Counted from the stretch's first letter, positions 16,679 to 25,310 are shown. The stretch is DNA of 47,157 bases from Christensenellaceae bacterium (GCA_016295005.1 JAEDMA010000001.1:1-47157), one strand, 5' to 3'. A program made the numbers and translations. The notes: a model not told the origin generated them from the letters alone.

Positions 16679-17861
16679 TTTTCGTTTCTCCTTCAACCTT
16701 GAATAGAGGCGACATCTTACGCAATCTGTCAACCGCTTGTTTTAATACTTCTACCGCGTAATCTATTTCTTCCGCGGTGTTACGTTTTCCGAAAGAAAAT
16801 CTTATAGAACCGTGGGCAAGTCCTTCGGGAAGACCTAAAGCCAACAACACGTGCGACGGCTCCAGCGACCCCGACGAACACGCAGAACCCGAAGATACGG
16901 CAATTCCCGCAAGGTCTAAACTGAACAGTATCGATTCCCCTTCTATATATCTGAAAGAAAAGTCCGCGTTTGCGGGAAGTCTTCCTTCTTTTCTCGGTCC
17001 GTTAAGTTTTACGAAAGGAACTTCGGCTAAAACCTTGTTTATAAATCTGTCTCTTAACGAACTTACGTATTCGAAGTTTTTATCCATATCGCGGGCGGCG
17101 ATTTCGAACGCTTTGGCAAAACCTACCACGCCCGGAACGTTTGTGGTTCCGCCCCTTTTTGTTCTTTCCTGATGACCGCCCGTAATTATGCTGTCGATTT
17201 TAAGACCCGTCCTTATATACAACGCTCCTACGCCTTTCGGTCCGTAAATTTTATGAGAACTCATACTCATCAGATCTACGCCGAGCGCTTTGACGTCGAT
17301 TTTAAGAACGCCCGCAGCCTGCACCGCGTCGGTAAACATTACCGCGTTTTTAGAATGCGCTATTTCGGCGATTTCTTTTATAGGCTCTATCGTTCCTACT
17401 TCGTTGTTCGCCATCATGCACGCTACGAGTATGGTATCGTCTCTTATTATGCTTTTTAAGTGTTCCAAGTCAACGAAACCTTCTTCGTCAACCTTCATAA
17501 ACTCTATTTCGAAACCGTCTTTCGCGAGTTCTTTGGCGGTGGTAATCATCGCCGCGTGCTCGATGGGGCTTATGATTATATGCTTGCCTTTATCTTTATG
17601 CGCCGAGGCAATTCCGCGAAGCGCCCAGTTATCGCTTTCCGTTCCGCCCGATGTGAAATACAATTCGCCCGGTTTACAGTTGATTATGGAAGCAATAGTA
17701 TCTCTCGCTTCGTCTACCGCTTTCACCGCTTCTCTGCCGAAACAGTGCTGACTGTTCGCATTACCGAAGTTCTCGGTAAAATACGGTTTCATTTTGTCAA
17801 ACGCTTCTTCGCACAACGGCGTGGTCGCCGCATGGTCGAAGTAAATAGGTGTTTTTACCAT
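16671..17861 (-). CDS. nifS: Cysteine desulfurase NifS
   Basis: PLP lysine in SSHKIYGPKG and active-site loop SSGSACSSGS. 396 aa. Confidence 0.92.
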   Translation of the reverse strand: MVKTPIYFDHAATTPLCEEAFDKMKPYFTENFGNANSQHCFGREAVKAVDEARDTIASIINCKPGELYFTSGGTESDNWALRGIASAHKDKGKHIIISPIEHAAMITTAKELAKDGFEIEFMKVDEEGFVDLEHLKSIIRDDTILVACMMANNEVGTIEPIKEIAEIAHSKNAVMFTDAVQAAGVLKIDVKALGVDLMSMSSHKIYGPKGVGALYIRTGLKIDSIITGGHQERTKRGGTTNVPGVVGFAKAFEIAARDMDKNFEYVSSLRDRFINKVLAEVPFVKLNGPRKEGRLPANADFSFRYIEGESILFSLDLAGIAVSSGSACSSGSLEPSHVLLALGLPEGLAHGSIRFSFGKRNTAEEIDYAVEVLKQAVDRLRKMSPLFKVEGETKNV

Positions 17862-17875
17862 AATTTATCTTCCTT

Positions 17876-18277
17876 TTAACGTAATTCTCCGTCAATCAGT
17901 TGTTTAAGATTCATTTCGTCAAGCAACCCGTTTATGCCGTCGTACAGTTTCTTCCATACGCCCGCCGACGGACAACATTTACATTTCGCGCCGTCTTTTA
18001 CGCACTCGATTATCGTCATATCGTCTTCTAACGCCCGTACGATTTCGCCTATCGTTATCTCCTCCGGCGATCTCGTAAGCATATACCCGCCGTTAGTTCC
18101 GCGGTTCGCGGTCACAATCCCCCGCGCCGACAGCATTCGCATTATTCTCTCTAAATATTTGCCCGATACCGATATCTGCGATTCCAGCGCGCTTGCCGAT
18201 ACAATGTTATCGGGATAATTTTTGGCTAATATATGGCACGCCATTAAGCCGTAATGCGTTTTGGACGACAGTTTCAT
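17876..18277 (-). CDS. Rrf2 family transcriptional regulator (IscR/CymR-like)
   Basis: MKLSSKTHYGLMACHILA... is an Rrf2 HTH. The Cys cluster ECVKDGAKCKCCP is compatible with an Fe-S ligand set. I prefer the ATG at 18277 over the TTG at 18301. Confidence 0.85.
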   Translation of the reverse strand: MKLSSKTHYGLMACHILAKNYPDNIVSASALESQISVSGKYLERIMRMLSARGIVTANRGTNGGYMLTRSPEEITIGEIVRALEDDMTIIECVKDGAKCKCCPSAGVWKKLYDGINGLLDEMNLKQLIDGELR

Positions 18278-18304
18278 CTCTTTTTTTCCCTTTCTTTTCA
18301 AGAT

Positions 18305-18360
18305 AATTGCTACCTTTTTGGTTGCAATTGTATTATAGTAACATTATATCCCGTTGTCAA
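18305..18360 (-). promoter_or_regulatory. Consensus promoter of the Rrf2-nifS-nifU operon with a 25-bp near-perfect palindrome over the start site
   Basis: The minus strand reads TTGACA (18355-18360), a 17-nt spacer, then TATAAT (18332-18337). The palindrome AATTGCTACC-ttttt-GGTTGCAATT (18305-18329) has one mismatch. Confidence 0.6.
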
Positions 18361-18390
18361 ACGTTTTACACGCCAAAAAATGCGGTTTTT

Positions 18391-18425
18391 GAAAAAAATT
18401 TCACGCAAAACATACGTTTGCGTGA
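18391..18425 (-). terminator. Intrinsic terminator after the alpha-oxoamine synthase gene
   Basis: The minus strand reads TCACGCAAA-cgtatg-TTTGCGTGA followed by AATTTTTTTC. Confidence 0.75.
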
Positions 18426-18468
18426 ATAATTATCGTTCTTTGTTAATATTTAAATTTTGCCCTTTATT

Positions 18469-19662
18469 TTAGTCGGCGATGTCTCTTACCTTATCTAAAA
18501 CGGCTTTTATTTTGTCCGCCGCTATGTCCATTTCTTCTTCCGTATGAGTCGCCATGTAACTTGTTCTTAACAAACTTTTACCGACCGGCACCGCGGGCGA
18601 CACGGTAGAGTTTACGTATACGCCGTCGTCGAAAAGCAGTTTGCAGGCGGTAAAGGTTCTCACGTTGCCGTACGTATAAATCGGTATTATAGGCGTGCCT
18701 TCTTTGTTTTCCATTATTTCCACGCCGCGACTTCTAAGATTTTGGCGCATATAATCGGATATTTCGCGAAGTCTTGCGACTCGTTCGGGTTCTCTTTTAA
18801 GTATTTCGAGAGCCTTTCTTGCGCAGGCGACGCTTGCGGGCGTTATGCTTGCGCAGAAAATGAACGGACGTGAAACGTGGCGGACGTATTCGCATACTTC
18901 TTTCTTTGCCGCCATATAGCCGCCGATACTTGCAAGCGATTTACTGAACGTTCCCATATATATGTCTACTTCGTCTTCTAATCCGAAGTGTTCGGCGGTT
19001 CCCCTGCCGTGTTTTCCGAGCACGCCAAGTCCGTGAGCGTCGTCTACCATTACTCTCGCGCCGTATTTTTTTGCGAGTTTCACTATCTCGGGCAGTTTGC
19101 ACACGTCGCCGCCCATCGAAAACACGCCGTCGGTAACGATAAGTATCCCCGCCGTTTCGGGTACGGTTTTAAGTTGCCTTTCAAGGTCTTCCATATCCGA
19201 GTGTTCGTATCTTAACATTCTCGCAAACGAAAGCCTGCACCCGTCGTATATGCTTGCGTGGTTTTCTTTATCGCAAAGAATATAGTCCGTTCTGCCCGCT
19301 ATTGCGGAAATTATCCCAAGGTTAGACTGAAAACCCGTCGAGAAGGTCACCGCGTCTTCTTTATGCAAAAATTCGGCGAGTTCCTTTTCGAGTTCTACGT
19401 GAATATCGAGCGTTCCGTTTAGAAATCTCGACCCCGAACAACCCGAACCGTACTTTTCCAACGCTTTCACGCCCGCTTCGATTACTTCCTGATTAGAAGT
19501 AAGTCCTAAATAGTTGTTCGACCCTATCATTATGATTTTTTTGCCTTCCATAACGACTTCGGGGCCTTGCTTTGTTTCTAATTTATGGAAATAAGGGTAT
19601 ATTCCTTTCTCTTTCGCTTGTTTTACAACGTCCGATTCCGAACATTTTTTAAATAGGTCCAC
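18469..19662 (-). CDS. PLP-dependent alpha-oxoamine synthase (serine palmitoyltransferase / KBL / BioF family)
   Basis: Motifs GSNNYLGL, KYGSGCSGSRFLNGT, HASIYDGC, DDAHGLG and the PLP lysine in GTFSKSLASIGG. GTG start with SD GGAGG. Confidence 0.85.
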   Translation of the reverse strand: MDLFKKCSESDVVKQAKEKGIYPYFHKLETKQGPEVVMEGKKIIMIGSNNYLGLTSNQEVIEAGVKALEKYGSGCSGSRFLNGTLDIHVELEKELAEFLHKEDAVTFSTGFQSNLGIISAIAGRTDYILCDKENHASIYDGCRLSFARMLRYEHSDMEDLERQLKTVPETAGILIVTDGVFSMGGDVCKLPEIVKLAKKYGARVMVDDAHGLGVLGKHGRGTAEHFGLEDEVDIYMGTFSKSLASIGGYMAAKKEVCEYVRHVSRPFIFCASITPASVACARKALEILKREPERVARLREISDYMRQNLRSRGVEIMENKEGTPIIPIYTYGNVRTFTACKLLFDDGVYVNSTVSPAVPVGKSLLRTSYMATHTEEEMDIAADKIKAVLDKVRDIAD

Positions 19663-19873
19663 TATTCGCCTCCGTGTTTTTATTTCAGAACTTCTCGCTT
19701 TTACGAAAAGCGTCCGTTAAAAATTGGTTTTATTATACCACTTCTTGAATAAAAACACAAGCGAATATTCATTACAGAACGGCGATTGTAGATCTTTTGT
19801 TTCCGCGCCCGATTTCCTTCGGACGGTTGACTTAACGCCAAATTCGCGGGGCGATTTGGCGCCGCTCCTCTCG

Positions 19874-20557
19874 TCAGTTGACCGCCAAGGGTCCGTTTCC
19901 GCCGAAATAGTCCGTCTGCTTTATTATAAGACTGCTTTTAGACAGCGCGTTATAAAGTTTTAAGTTCTCTTCCGTAAGCGCCGCAACTTTCAGCTTTAAT
20001 TCTTCGTTTTCCTTTTTTACGTCTGCCGAAATTCTGTCTACGAGAGCGTCTATCTCTCTTTCCAGTTTTTTGTATGCAAACTCGCCTACGGTTTTACGAT
20101 AATCGTATTTATCGCCCGTTTCTTTTTCTATCTCTTCGGATACTTCGTCGATAAGGCTCGGCTTTTCTTTCGCCACGTTTCTGAATTTGTTCTGATACCT
20201 TAACGCAAGTTTTTCGTTACCATCTGCAAGTTCGTAAACGGATTTGCGTATAGATTTACCGTTCATTTTACCGAACATTACCTTTTTTACGAGTTCTCTT
20301 TCCTTTTCGGGAGAAAAGAACTCCGATTTATTTACTTTTATTTCTTTTTCTCCCCAGTACGTTTTTTTAAGGTCCCGGTCTTTTTTACAAGCCCGGGCAA
20401 GCGCGTAGTACATATTTCTGACCGTACCCTTACTCATTCCGGAAGTCGCCGAATAATCCGAAAAAATTTTCGTTAAACTCTTCGTGTTTTCCGTTCTTTT
20501 AAGATATTCGCCGAAATCTTTTATTCGGTTTTCTTTAAATCCGTATATTTTATTCAT
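19874..20557 (-). CDS. Hypothetical protein with two HTH-like segments and a C-terminal coiled coil
   Basis: I prefer the ATG at 20557 (MNKIYGFKEN...) with SD GGGAGAG. The C-terminal heptad-like segment is REIDALVDRISADVKKENEELKLKVAALTEENLKLYNAL. Confidence 0.6.
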   Translation of the reverse strand: MNKIYGFKENRIKDFGEYLKRTENTKSLTKIFSDYSATSGMSKGTVRNMYYALARACKKDRDLKKTYWGEKEIKVNKSEFFSPEKERELVKKVMFGKMNGKSIRKSVYELADGNEKLALRYQNKFRNVAKEKPSLIDEVSEEIEKETGDKYDYRKTVGEFAYKKLEREIDALVDRISADVKKENEELKLKVAALTEENLKLYNALSKSSLIIKQTDYFGGNGPLAVN

Positions 20558-20626
20558 AATTACTCTCCCTTTGGTCGTTTGTTTGTTTATTGACATAACA
20601 TAAAGGTTTTATTCATATTTTTTAAT

Positions 20627-21568
20627 ATGTACTTTTATTTTTCTTCCGCAACGCCCGCCGGAGTAAAACTGAACGACAAACTTCTGGGTATTATCGACGG
20701 CGACGTTATCGGTTGCGAACTCGATATTTCTAAAAAGACGCTTGCGGAAATCTGCCCGCTGACGGGGATAGGAGGCATCTTTTTCGTCATCGATAAAGAC
20801 GTTTTCGTTAAGACCGACCCGCGACTTTGCGTTACAGACCTAAAAGGCGGTTATCTTATAACCGTAAACGACGTAACAGAAAAAAATCGGTTCAAAATTT
20901 ACGCCCAGGAAAAATTCGGCGATTGTTCCGTTACCGTTTTTTGCGACAACGGCAACAAGGTTTCCGTCGAAACCGCTAACGATTTTTATGCCGAAACGCT
21001 TAATTTGCCGATTGAAACCTGTAAAATAAAAAGGGCTTATTCGGATAACGAAAATCTCCTTTTGTTAGATATTTTCTGCGGAAAAAGAATACTTATAATT
21101 TACCGCGTTTCGAATAAAATTAAAAAGTTATTTTTTAAGGAAATTGCCGATTACGACGTTTCGTACGGAATTAAAACGGAAGAAAAACTTAAAGATATGG
21201 CGAAACACAAAATCGTTTGCGAGTGGGCGTTAAAAGGTGATTGTTTCATCGAAAAGTCCGTTTCGGTAACGTGTTCGGAAAAGTTCGACAGATTATCTCT
21301 CCCGCCCCACCTTATTCCGTTCGCGTTTGCAGAAGAACTCGCCGCGGGCGGCGATTACTCTTTTTTTCTTTCCGACGCCTTAAAAGAACACGCCGATAAA
21401 CTAAAAGGTTTTTTAGGAAATTTTATCGGGGTTATGCCGCCGCCAAGATTCAGAAGCCCCGAAGAAATCGGGCTTATTTACAAAATAAGCGACGACAGGT
21501 TCAAAGTAACCTATATCACCGCCGAGCTTAGCGGCGAAAAAATAACCAACATAAAAAAATCCTCGTAG
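20627..21568 (+). CDS. Hypothetical protein (313 aa), no recognisable motif
   Basis: A long ORF with coding-like composition, followed by a clear terminator. The SD is weak. Confidence 0.55.
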   Translation: MYFYFSSATPAGVKLNDKLLGIIDGDVIGCELDISKKTLAEICPLTGIGGIFFVIDKDVFVKTDPRLCVTDLKGGYLITVNDVTEKNRFKIYAQEKFGDCSVTVFCDNGNKVSVETANDFYAETLNLPIETCKIKRAYSDNENLLLLDIFCGKRILIIYRVSNKIKKLFFKEIADYDVSYGIKTEEKLKDMAKHKIVCEWALKGDCFIEKSVSVTCSEKFDRLSLPPHLIPFAFAEELAAGGDYSFFLSDALKEHADKLKGFLGNFIGVMPPPRFRSPEEIGLIYKISDDRFKVTYITAELSGEKITNIKKSS

Positions 21569-21593
21569 AAATCTACAAGGATTTTTGTTTTTT
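21559..21593. terminator. Bidirectional terminator between convergent genes
   Basis: A7, then the TCCTCGTAG-aaat-CTACAAGGA stem (one mismatch), then TTTTTGTTTTTT. Confidence 0.75.
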
Positions 21594-21734
21594 ATTTAAT
21601 TTCACACCGAGATTTATATTCTGTATTATATCGTCCCGACCTCCGCCTGTAAAGCGGCTCTCAAAACCGTTAATATCTGCGGAACACCGCAAGCGGTTTC
21701 GCTTTTTTCGTCAGGCAAAAAGTTTTCTTTTACC

Positions 21735-22577
21735 TTATTTAACTTTTACGCTCTTTACGACTACGCCGAAGTTGGTTACGTTGGCTTTTTCGTAAGTAGG
21801 AACGTTTATGGTCTTTTTGTTGTATTCCACGTACTGGTTGCCCTCCGCCGTGAACAAATCTTCGGGTTCTTCGTAATCGGAAGTTTTTACGATATGGCCG
21901 GTTAAACCGAAGTTTTCGTTTACCTTCGTTTCGTCGTATTCGCCGGTATAGTAAACGGTGTAAGAAGTGCGGTTGGAGCCGCCTGCGTACGTAGTTATTT
22001 CGGTAAATGTGTCGGAATTAGTCTCGTCGTCTAAATCGATTTTAGCGAAAACGCAGAATTCACCGTTATAAGACGATATGGAAGACGTGGGCATAAACCA
22101 TTCCGCTCTGCCGGTTGCGGTAGAACCGTTGGTTTTATAGCCGCCTTCGTTTACCGTCCAAGTTCTCCACAAACCTACGGCGCCCTTTACGTTGGTCAGG
22201 TCAGACCCTACCGTGCCGCCGCGCTTAAACTCGCCTTTGATTTCCGGTTTTACTTCGTTAAAAGTAAGTTTGCCTTCTTTGCTTACTATGGAGCCTAACA
22301 TAAGTTGGCTGGAGTAAGAAGTATTCTGATAAATAACGGCGCCTTCGTAATAACCGTTTTTAGCGTATCCGGTAATCGCGTCTACCGTTTCGGGCGCGAG
22401 ATGACGATACATGGTAACGGAAAGCGTTTTTTCTTCCACTACGTTTTCCGCGGTGTTATAAACTTCGAACGTAATTTCGACAGTTCTTAAATCTTCGCAA
22501 GCGGTAAGGCAAAAACACGCCATGCACGCGAGAACGGCTACCGTTAAATTAGCAAATACCTTGATTAAACGTTTCAT
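21735..22577 (-). CDS. Divergent cyclophilin-type peptidyl-prolyl isomerase, probable lipoprotein
   Basis: MKRLIKVFANLTVAVLACMACFCLTAC|ED is a lipobox. Cyclophilin-like blocks are present: LAPETVDAITGYAKNGYYEG, IKGEF, GAVGLWR and NGEFCVFAKI. I prefer the ATG at 22577 with SD GGAG. Confidence 0.55.
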   Translation of the reverse strand: MKRLIKVFANLTVAVLACMACFCLTACEDLRTVEITFEVYNTAENVVEEKTLSVTMYRHLAPETVDAITGYAKNGYYEGAVIYQNTSYSSQLMLGSIVSKEGKLTFNEVKPEIKGEFKRGGTVGSDLTNVKGAVGLWRTWTVNEGGYKTNGSTATGRAEWFMPTSSISSYNGEFCVFAKIDLDDETNSDTFTEITTYAGGSNRTSYTVYYTGEYDETKVNENFGLTGHIVKTSDYEEPEDLFTAEGNQYVEYNKKTINVPTYEKANVTNFGVVVKSVKVK

Positions 22578-22618
22578 ATTATTCTCCAAAAAAAGATTTC
22601 CCTTTTTCTCTCCTTACT

Positions 22619-22647
22619 ATTTTACTATCGAAAAGCCGTTTTGTCAA
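22619..22647 (-). promoter_or_regulatory. Promoter of the cyclophilin-like gene
   Basis: The minus strand reads TTGACA (22642-22647), a 17-nt spacer, then TAAAAT (22619-22624). Confidence 0.55.
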
Positions 22648-22716
22648 TAAAAGATTGCATTTTATATGGTTTTAATTATTGTTTTTAACGGTAAATATTC
22701 TTTTAGCGCGTTATCG

Positions 22717-22745
22717 TTTACTTATATCGCTTAATATGCTAAAAT
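22717..22745 (+). promoter_or_regulatory. Promoter of the interrupted membrane-protein gene
   Basis: TTTACT (22717-22722), a 17-nt spacer ending in TGC, then TAAAAT (22740-22745), i.e. an extended -10 TGnTAAAAT. Confidence 0.5.
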
Positions 22746-22812
22746 ATTTTTACGAAGCGCCGCGCTTTTAACGTCCGGCGTTTTTTATAACCCGAACGCA
22801 CAGGAGAAGAAA

Positions 22813-23304
22813 ATGAAAACAACCGTAAACAGCGTCACTCTCGGAACAATTACCTATGAAGAAAGTCTTTGGTCGGGTAAAAAATAACTTTTCGTAAACG
22901 ACGAGCAACCCGAAAAAATAAACAGAACTCAATTCCGCACGCAGTACGGAAAAACCGTTACGGTAAAGGGCAACATAGTTTTCGGAGCCAAACTTATCGC
23001 AGAAAACGAAACGGTAGCCCTTACCAAACCTATGAGTTGGTACGAAATCGTTCTGGCTTTACTGCCTTTCTTGCTCCCGTTAATCTGGGGCAATTCCGTA
23101 ACTTTATGCCGGATATTCCCCATAACGGGCGGAGCAATAGGCGGCGCGGTAGGCGCATTCTGCGCTATTCTTTCGATTATTTTTATGAAAGAAACGGATA
23201 AGATTTTATTGAAAATCGTTATCGGCTTAGCCGCTCTCGGAATATCCGTTTTAATTCTTTATTTCATCGCTTTGCTTCTTTCCGGATTGATGCAAATGAT
23301 TTGA
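22813..23304 (+). pseudogene. Membrane protein gene interrupted by a single in-frame TAA at 22885-22887
   Basis: ATG at 22813 has a strong SD (AGGAGA). The frame reads MKTTVNSVTLGTITYEESLWSGKK, then TAA, then continues in the same frame without another stop through LFVNDEQPEKINRTQFRTQYGKTVTVKGNIVFGAKLIAENETVALTKP into the track ORF 23032-23304 (3 TM helices). The ATG at 23032 has no SD. Confidence 0.55.
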
Positions 23305-23320
23305 GTTAAAAAATATTTTA

Positions 23321-23349
23321 CCCTCGTATAAAAACGGGGGTTTTATTTT
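23321..23349 (+). terminator. Intrinsic terminator of the 22813-23304 gene
   Basis: CCCTCG-tataaaaa-CGGGGG followed by TTTTATTTT. Confidence 0.6.
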
Positions 23350-23482
23350 GTGCCGAAACTATTACTTCGGAGGTTTATATATGTTTTTTATTTCTTCCGT
23401 TGCCGCTAGCGGTATAATTTATTATTCCCTATCCGTTGCACTAAATAGCATAATTCATTAATCATATAATTCACTAATCATA

Positions 23483-23516
23483 TAAAAAACGCTCCCCTTT
23501 CGGAGAGCGTTTTGTT
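23483..23516 (-). terminator. Intrinsic terminator after rplL
   Basis: The minus strand reads AACGCTCTCC-gaaa-GGGGAGCGTT followed by TTTTT. T-rich sequence also follows on the plus strand. Confidence 0.85.
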
Positions 23517-23533
23517 TTGCAAATAATTCGTAA

Positions 23534-23902
23534 TTATTCCGCAACGACGGTAGCGCCGACTTCTTTGAAACGAGCAATAATCTTGTCCGCTTCTTCTTTG
23601 GTAGCGTTTTCTTTGATAACGCCTTTCGCTTCGACGAGCGCTTTCGCTTCGCCAAGACCCAAAGTGGTGAATTCTCTGACCGCTTTGATAACGTCGATTT
23701 TCTTGTCGCCGATTTCTTTGATGGAAACTTTGAATTCGGTCTTTTCTTCTTCTGCGGGAGCCGCTGCGGTTGCTGCTGCCGCTACAGCTACGGGAGCTGC
23801 CGCGCTTACGCCGAATTCTTCTTCGATAGCTTTTACTAAATCGTTGAGTTCAACAACGGTCATACCTTTGATTTCTTCAATCATTTTTGCAATATCTGCC
23901 AT
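23534..23902 (-). CDS. rplL: 50S ribosomal protein L7/L12
   Basis: [32 protein letters not shown]..., an Ala-rich hinge, and the C-terminal domain [10 protein letters not shown]. Confidence 0.97.
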   Translation of the reverse strand: MADIAKMIEEIKGMTVVELNDLVKAIEEEFGVSAAAPVAVAAAATAAAPAEEEKTEFKVSIKEIGDKKIDVIKAVREFTTLGLGEAKALVEAKGVIKENATKEEADKIIARFKEVGATVVAE

Positions 23903-23946
23903 TTTAGTTTTCTCCTTAATTTTAATAAATAATTTTTAGCGCCCGA

Positions 23947-24447
23947 TTAAGCCTGCGCTTCGGCTTTTTTGTCTGCAACTGCTTTAATAGCAACCGCAAG
24001 ACCTCTCGTAAAGTTGGAAAGCGTACCTGCGAGCATTGAGTAAAGTTCTTCTTGCGAAGGAATAGCCGCGTATTTTTTTACGCCGTTACAGTCAACGTAT
24101 ACGTTGTCGATATAACCGCTCTTTACGACTATTTTGTTTTCATACTTTTTGCTTGCAGCGACAATTACTTTACTTGCGCCGACTTCGTCGTTACCGAAAG
24201 CAACGGACGTCGGACCGTTAAGGTCGTTGTCGAAATCGGTGATTCCCAAATCGTTGAACGCGCGGCGTACCAAAGTGTTTTTCAATACTTTGTAGTCAAC
24301 GTCGTTTTTACGGAGTTCTCTGCGAAGTTCTGTGTCTTCGCTGACGGTTAAGGCTTCATACTTAACGAGAACCACCGACTTGGAATTTTGAATCTTTTGC
24401 TTGATTTCTTCTACGACTTGTTTTTTTGCTTCAAAATTTGCCGACAT
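23947..24447 (-). CDS. rplJ: 50S ribosomal protein L10
   Basis: 166 aa, located between rplA and rplL. The N-terminus is typical of L10. Confidence 0.95.
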   Translation of the reverse strand: MSANFEAKKQVVEEIKQKIQNSKSVVLVKYEALTVSEDTELRRELRKNDVDYKVLKNTLVRRAFNDLGITDFDNDLNGPTSVAFGNDEVGASKVIVAASKKYENKIVVKSGYIDNVYVDCNGVKKYAAIPSQEELYSMLAGTLSNFTRGLAVAIKAVADKKAEAQA

Positions 24448-24590
24448 GATTTACCTCCTGTATTAGTAAATAAAAAGCCCTTACCCCGACACGGAATAAG
24501 GGCGCGTAAAGCGCTGATTAGTTCCGCCTCGGCAGGTTTTACTTTTCGTAAATTACACACCTGCTGTCTAGGGCTGTTTGATTTTTACTT
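24448..24590 (-). promoter_or_regulatory. rplJ (L10) leader with an attenuator hairpin
   Basis: A 140-nt structured 5' UTR. The hairpin GCCCTTA...TAAGGGC (24477-24503) is followed on the minus strand by TTTTTATTT, just before the SD GGAGG. The layout matches the Firmicute L10-leader attenuation mechanism. Confidence 0.55.
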
Positions 24591-24594
24591 TATT

Positions 24595-24623
24595 ATTGTA
24601 TCACCTGTTAAAAGAGATGTCAA
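24595..24623 (-). promoter_or_regulatory. rplJL promoter
   Basis: The minus strand reads TTGACA (24618-24623, directly after the rplA stop), a 17-nt spacer, then TACAAT (24595-24600). Confidence 0.6.
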
Positions 24624-25310
24624 TTAAAATTTAGCGTTAATTTTAACGCCGGGACCCATTGTGCTTGCAACGGCAACGCTTCTTAAATAAAGACCTTTTG
24701 CGGATGCCGGTTTCGCTTTAACGATTGCGTCCATCAAAGCGTCATAGTTTTCCTTAATCTTTTCTTTGCCGAAGCTCTTTTTGCCTAACGGGCAGTGAAT
24801 AATAGCGTTTTTATCCAACCTGTATTCGACTTTACCTGCTTTGGTGTCTTTAATCGCTTTAACGACGTCCATAGTAACGGTGCCGGATTTCGGGTTAGGC
24901 ATTAAGCCTTTAGGACCTAAAACTTTACCGATACGACCAACCAGACCCATCATATCGGGAGTGGTGATGATTACGTCGTAATCGAACCAGTTTTCGGTCT
25001 GGATTTTCTGAATCATATCTTCCGCGCCTACGAAGTCCGCGCCGGCTTCTTTAGCCTGATCGGCTTTTTCGCCTTTAGCGAGAACCAATACTCTTACGTT
25101 TTTACCCGTTCCGTTAGGAAGAACGATAACTCCTCTGACCTGTTGGTCTGCCTGTTTGGGGTCAACGCCCAAACGAACGTGGAGTTCTACCGTTTCGTCG
25201 AATTTCGCTTTCGCGGTGTCGAGTACTAATCCGATTGCTTCGTCTGCTTCGTATAATTTAGCGGTTTCAATAGTTTTTGCGCTATCAATATATTTTTTTC
25301 CGTGTTTCAT
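24624..25310 (-). CDS. rplA: 50S ribosomal protein L1
   Basis: [15 protein letters not shown]... 228 aa, in a conserved position. Confidence 0.97.
   Translation of the reverse strand: MKHGKKYIDSAKTIETAKLYEADEAIGLVLDTAKAKFDETVELHVRLGVDPKQADQQVRGVIVLPNGTGKNVRVLVLAKGEKADQAKEAGADFVGAEDMIQKIQTENWFDYDVIITTPDMMGLVGRIGKVLGPKGLMPNPKSGTVTMDVVKAIKDTKAGKVEYRLDKNAIIHCPLGKKSFGKEKIKENYDALMDAIVKAKPASAKGLYLRSVAVASTMGPGVKINAKF

Noticed and set aside
16679-16732. N-terminal extensions of track ORFs (nifU 16679-16732, rplK 25789-25803, ddl 31677-31694, ribU 36150-36170, nth 41271-41324, DUF3343 41592-41666, LRR 12325-12375, ABC ATPase 10114-10158, class-V enzyme 41742-41762, cyclophilin 22578-22589)
   Set aside because: In each case an internal ATG is preceded by a good SD and gives the canonical family N-terminus. 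The extension covers the SD, a terminator stem or the upstream gene.
22929-23123. 64-aa minus-strand ORF
   Set aside because: It is antisense to the interrupted plus-strand membrane-protein gene, with no SD and no motifs.
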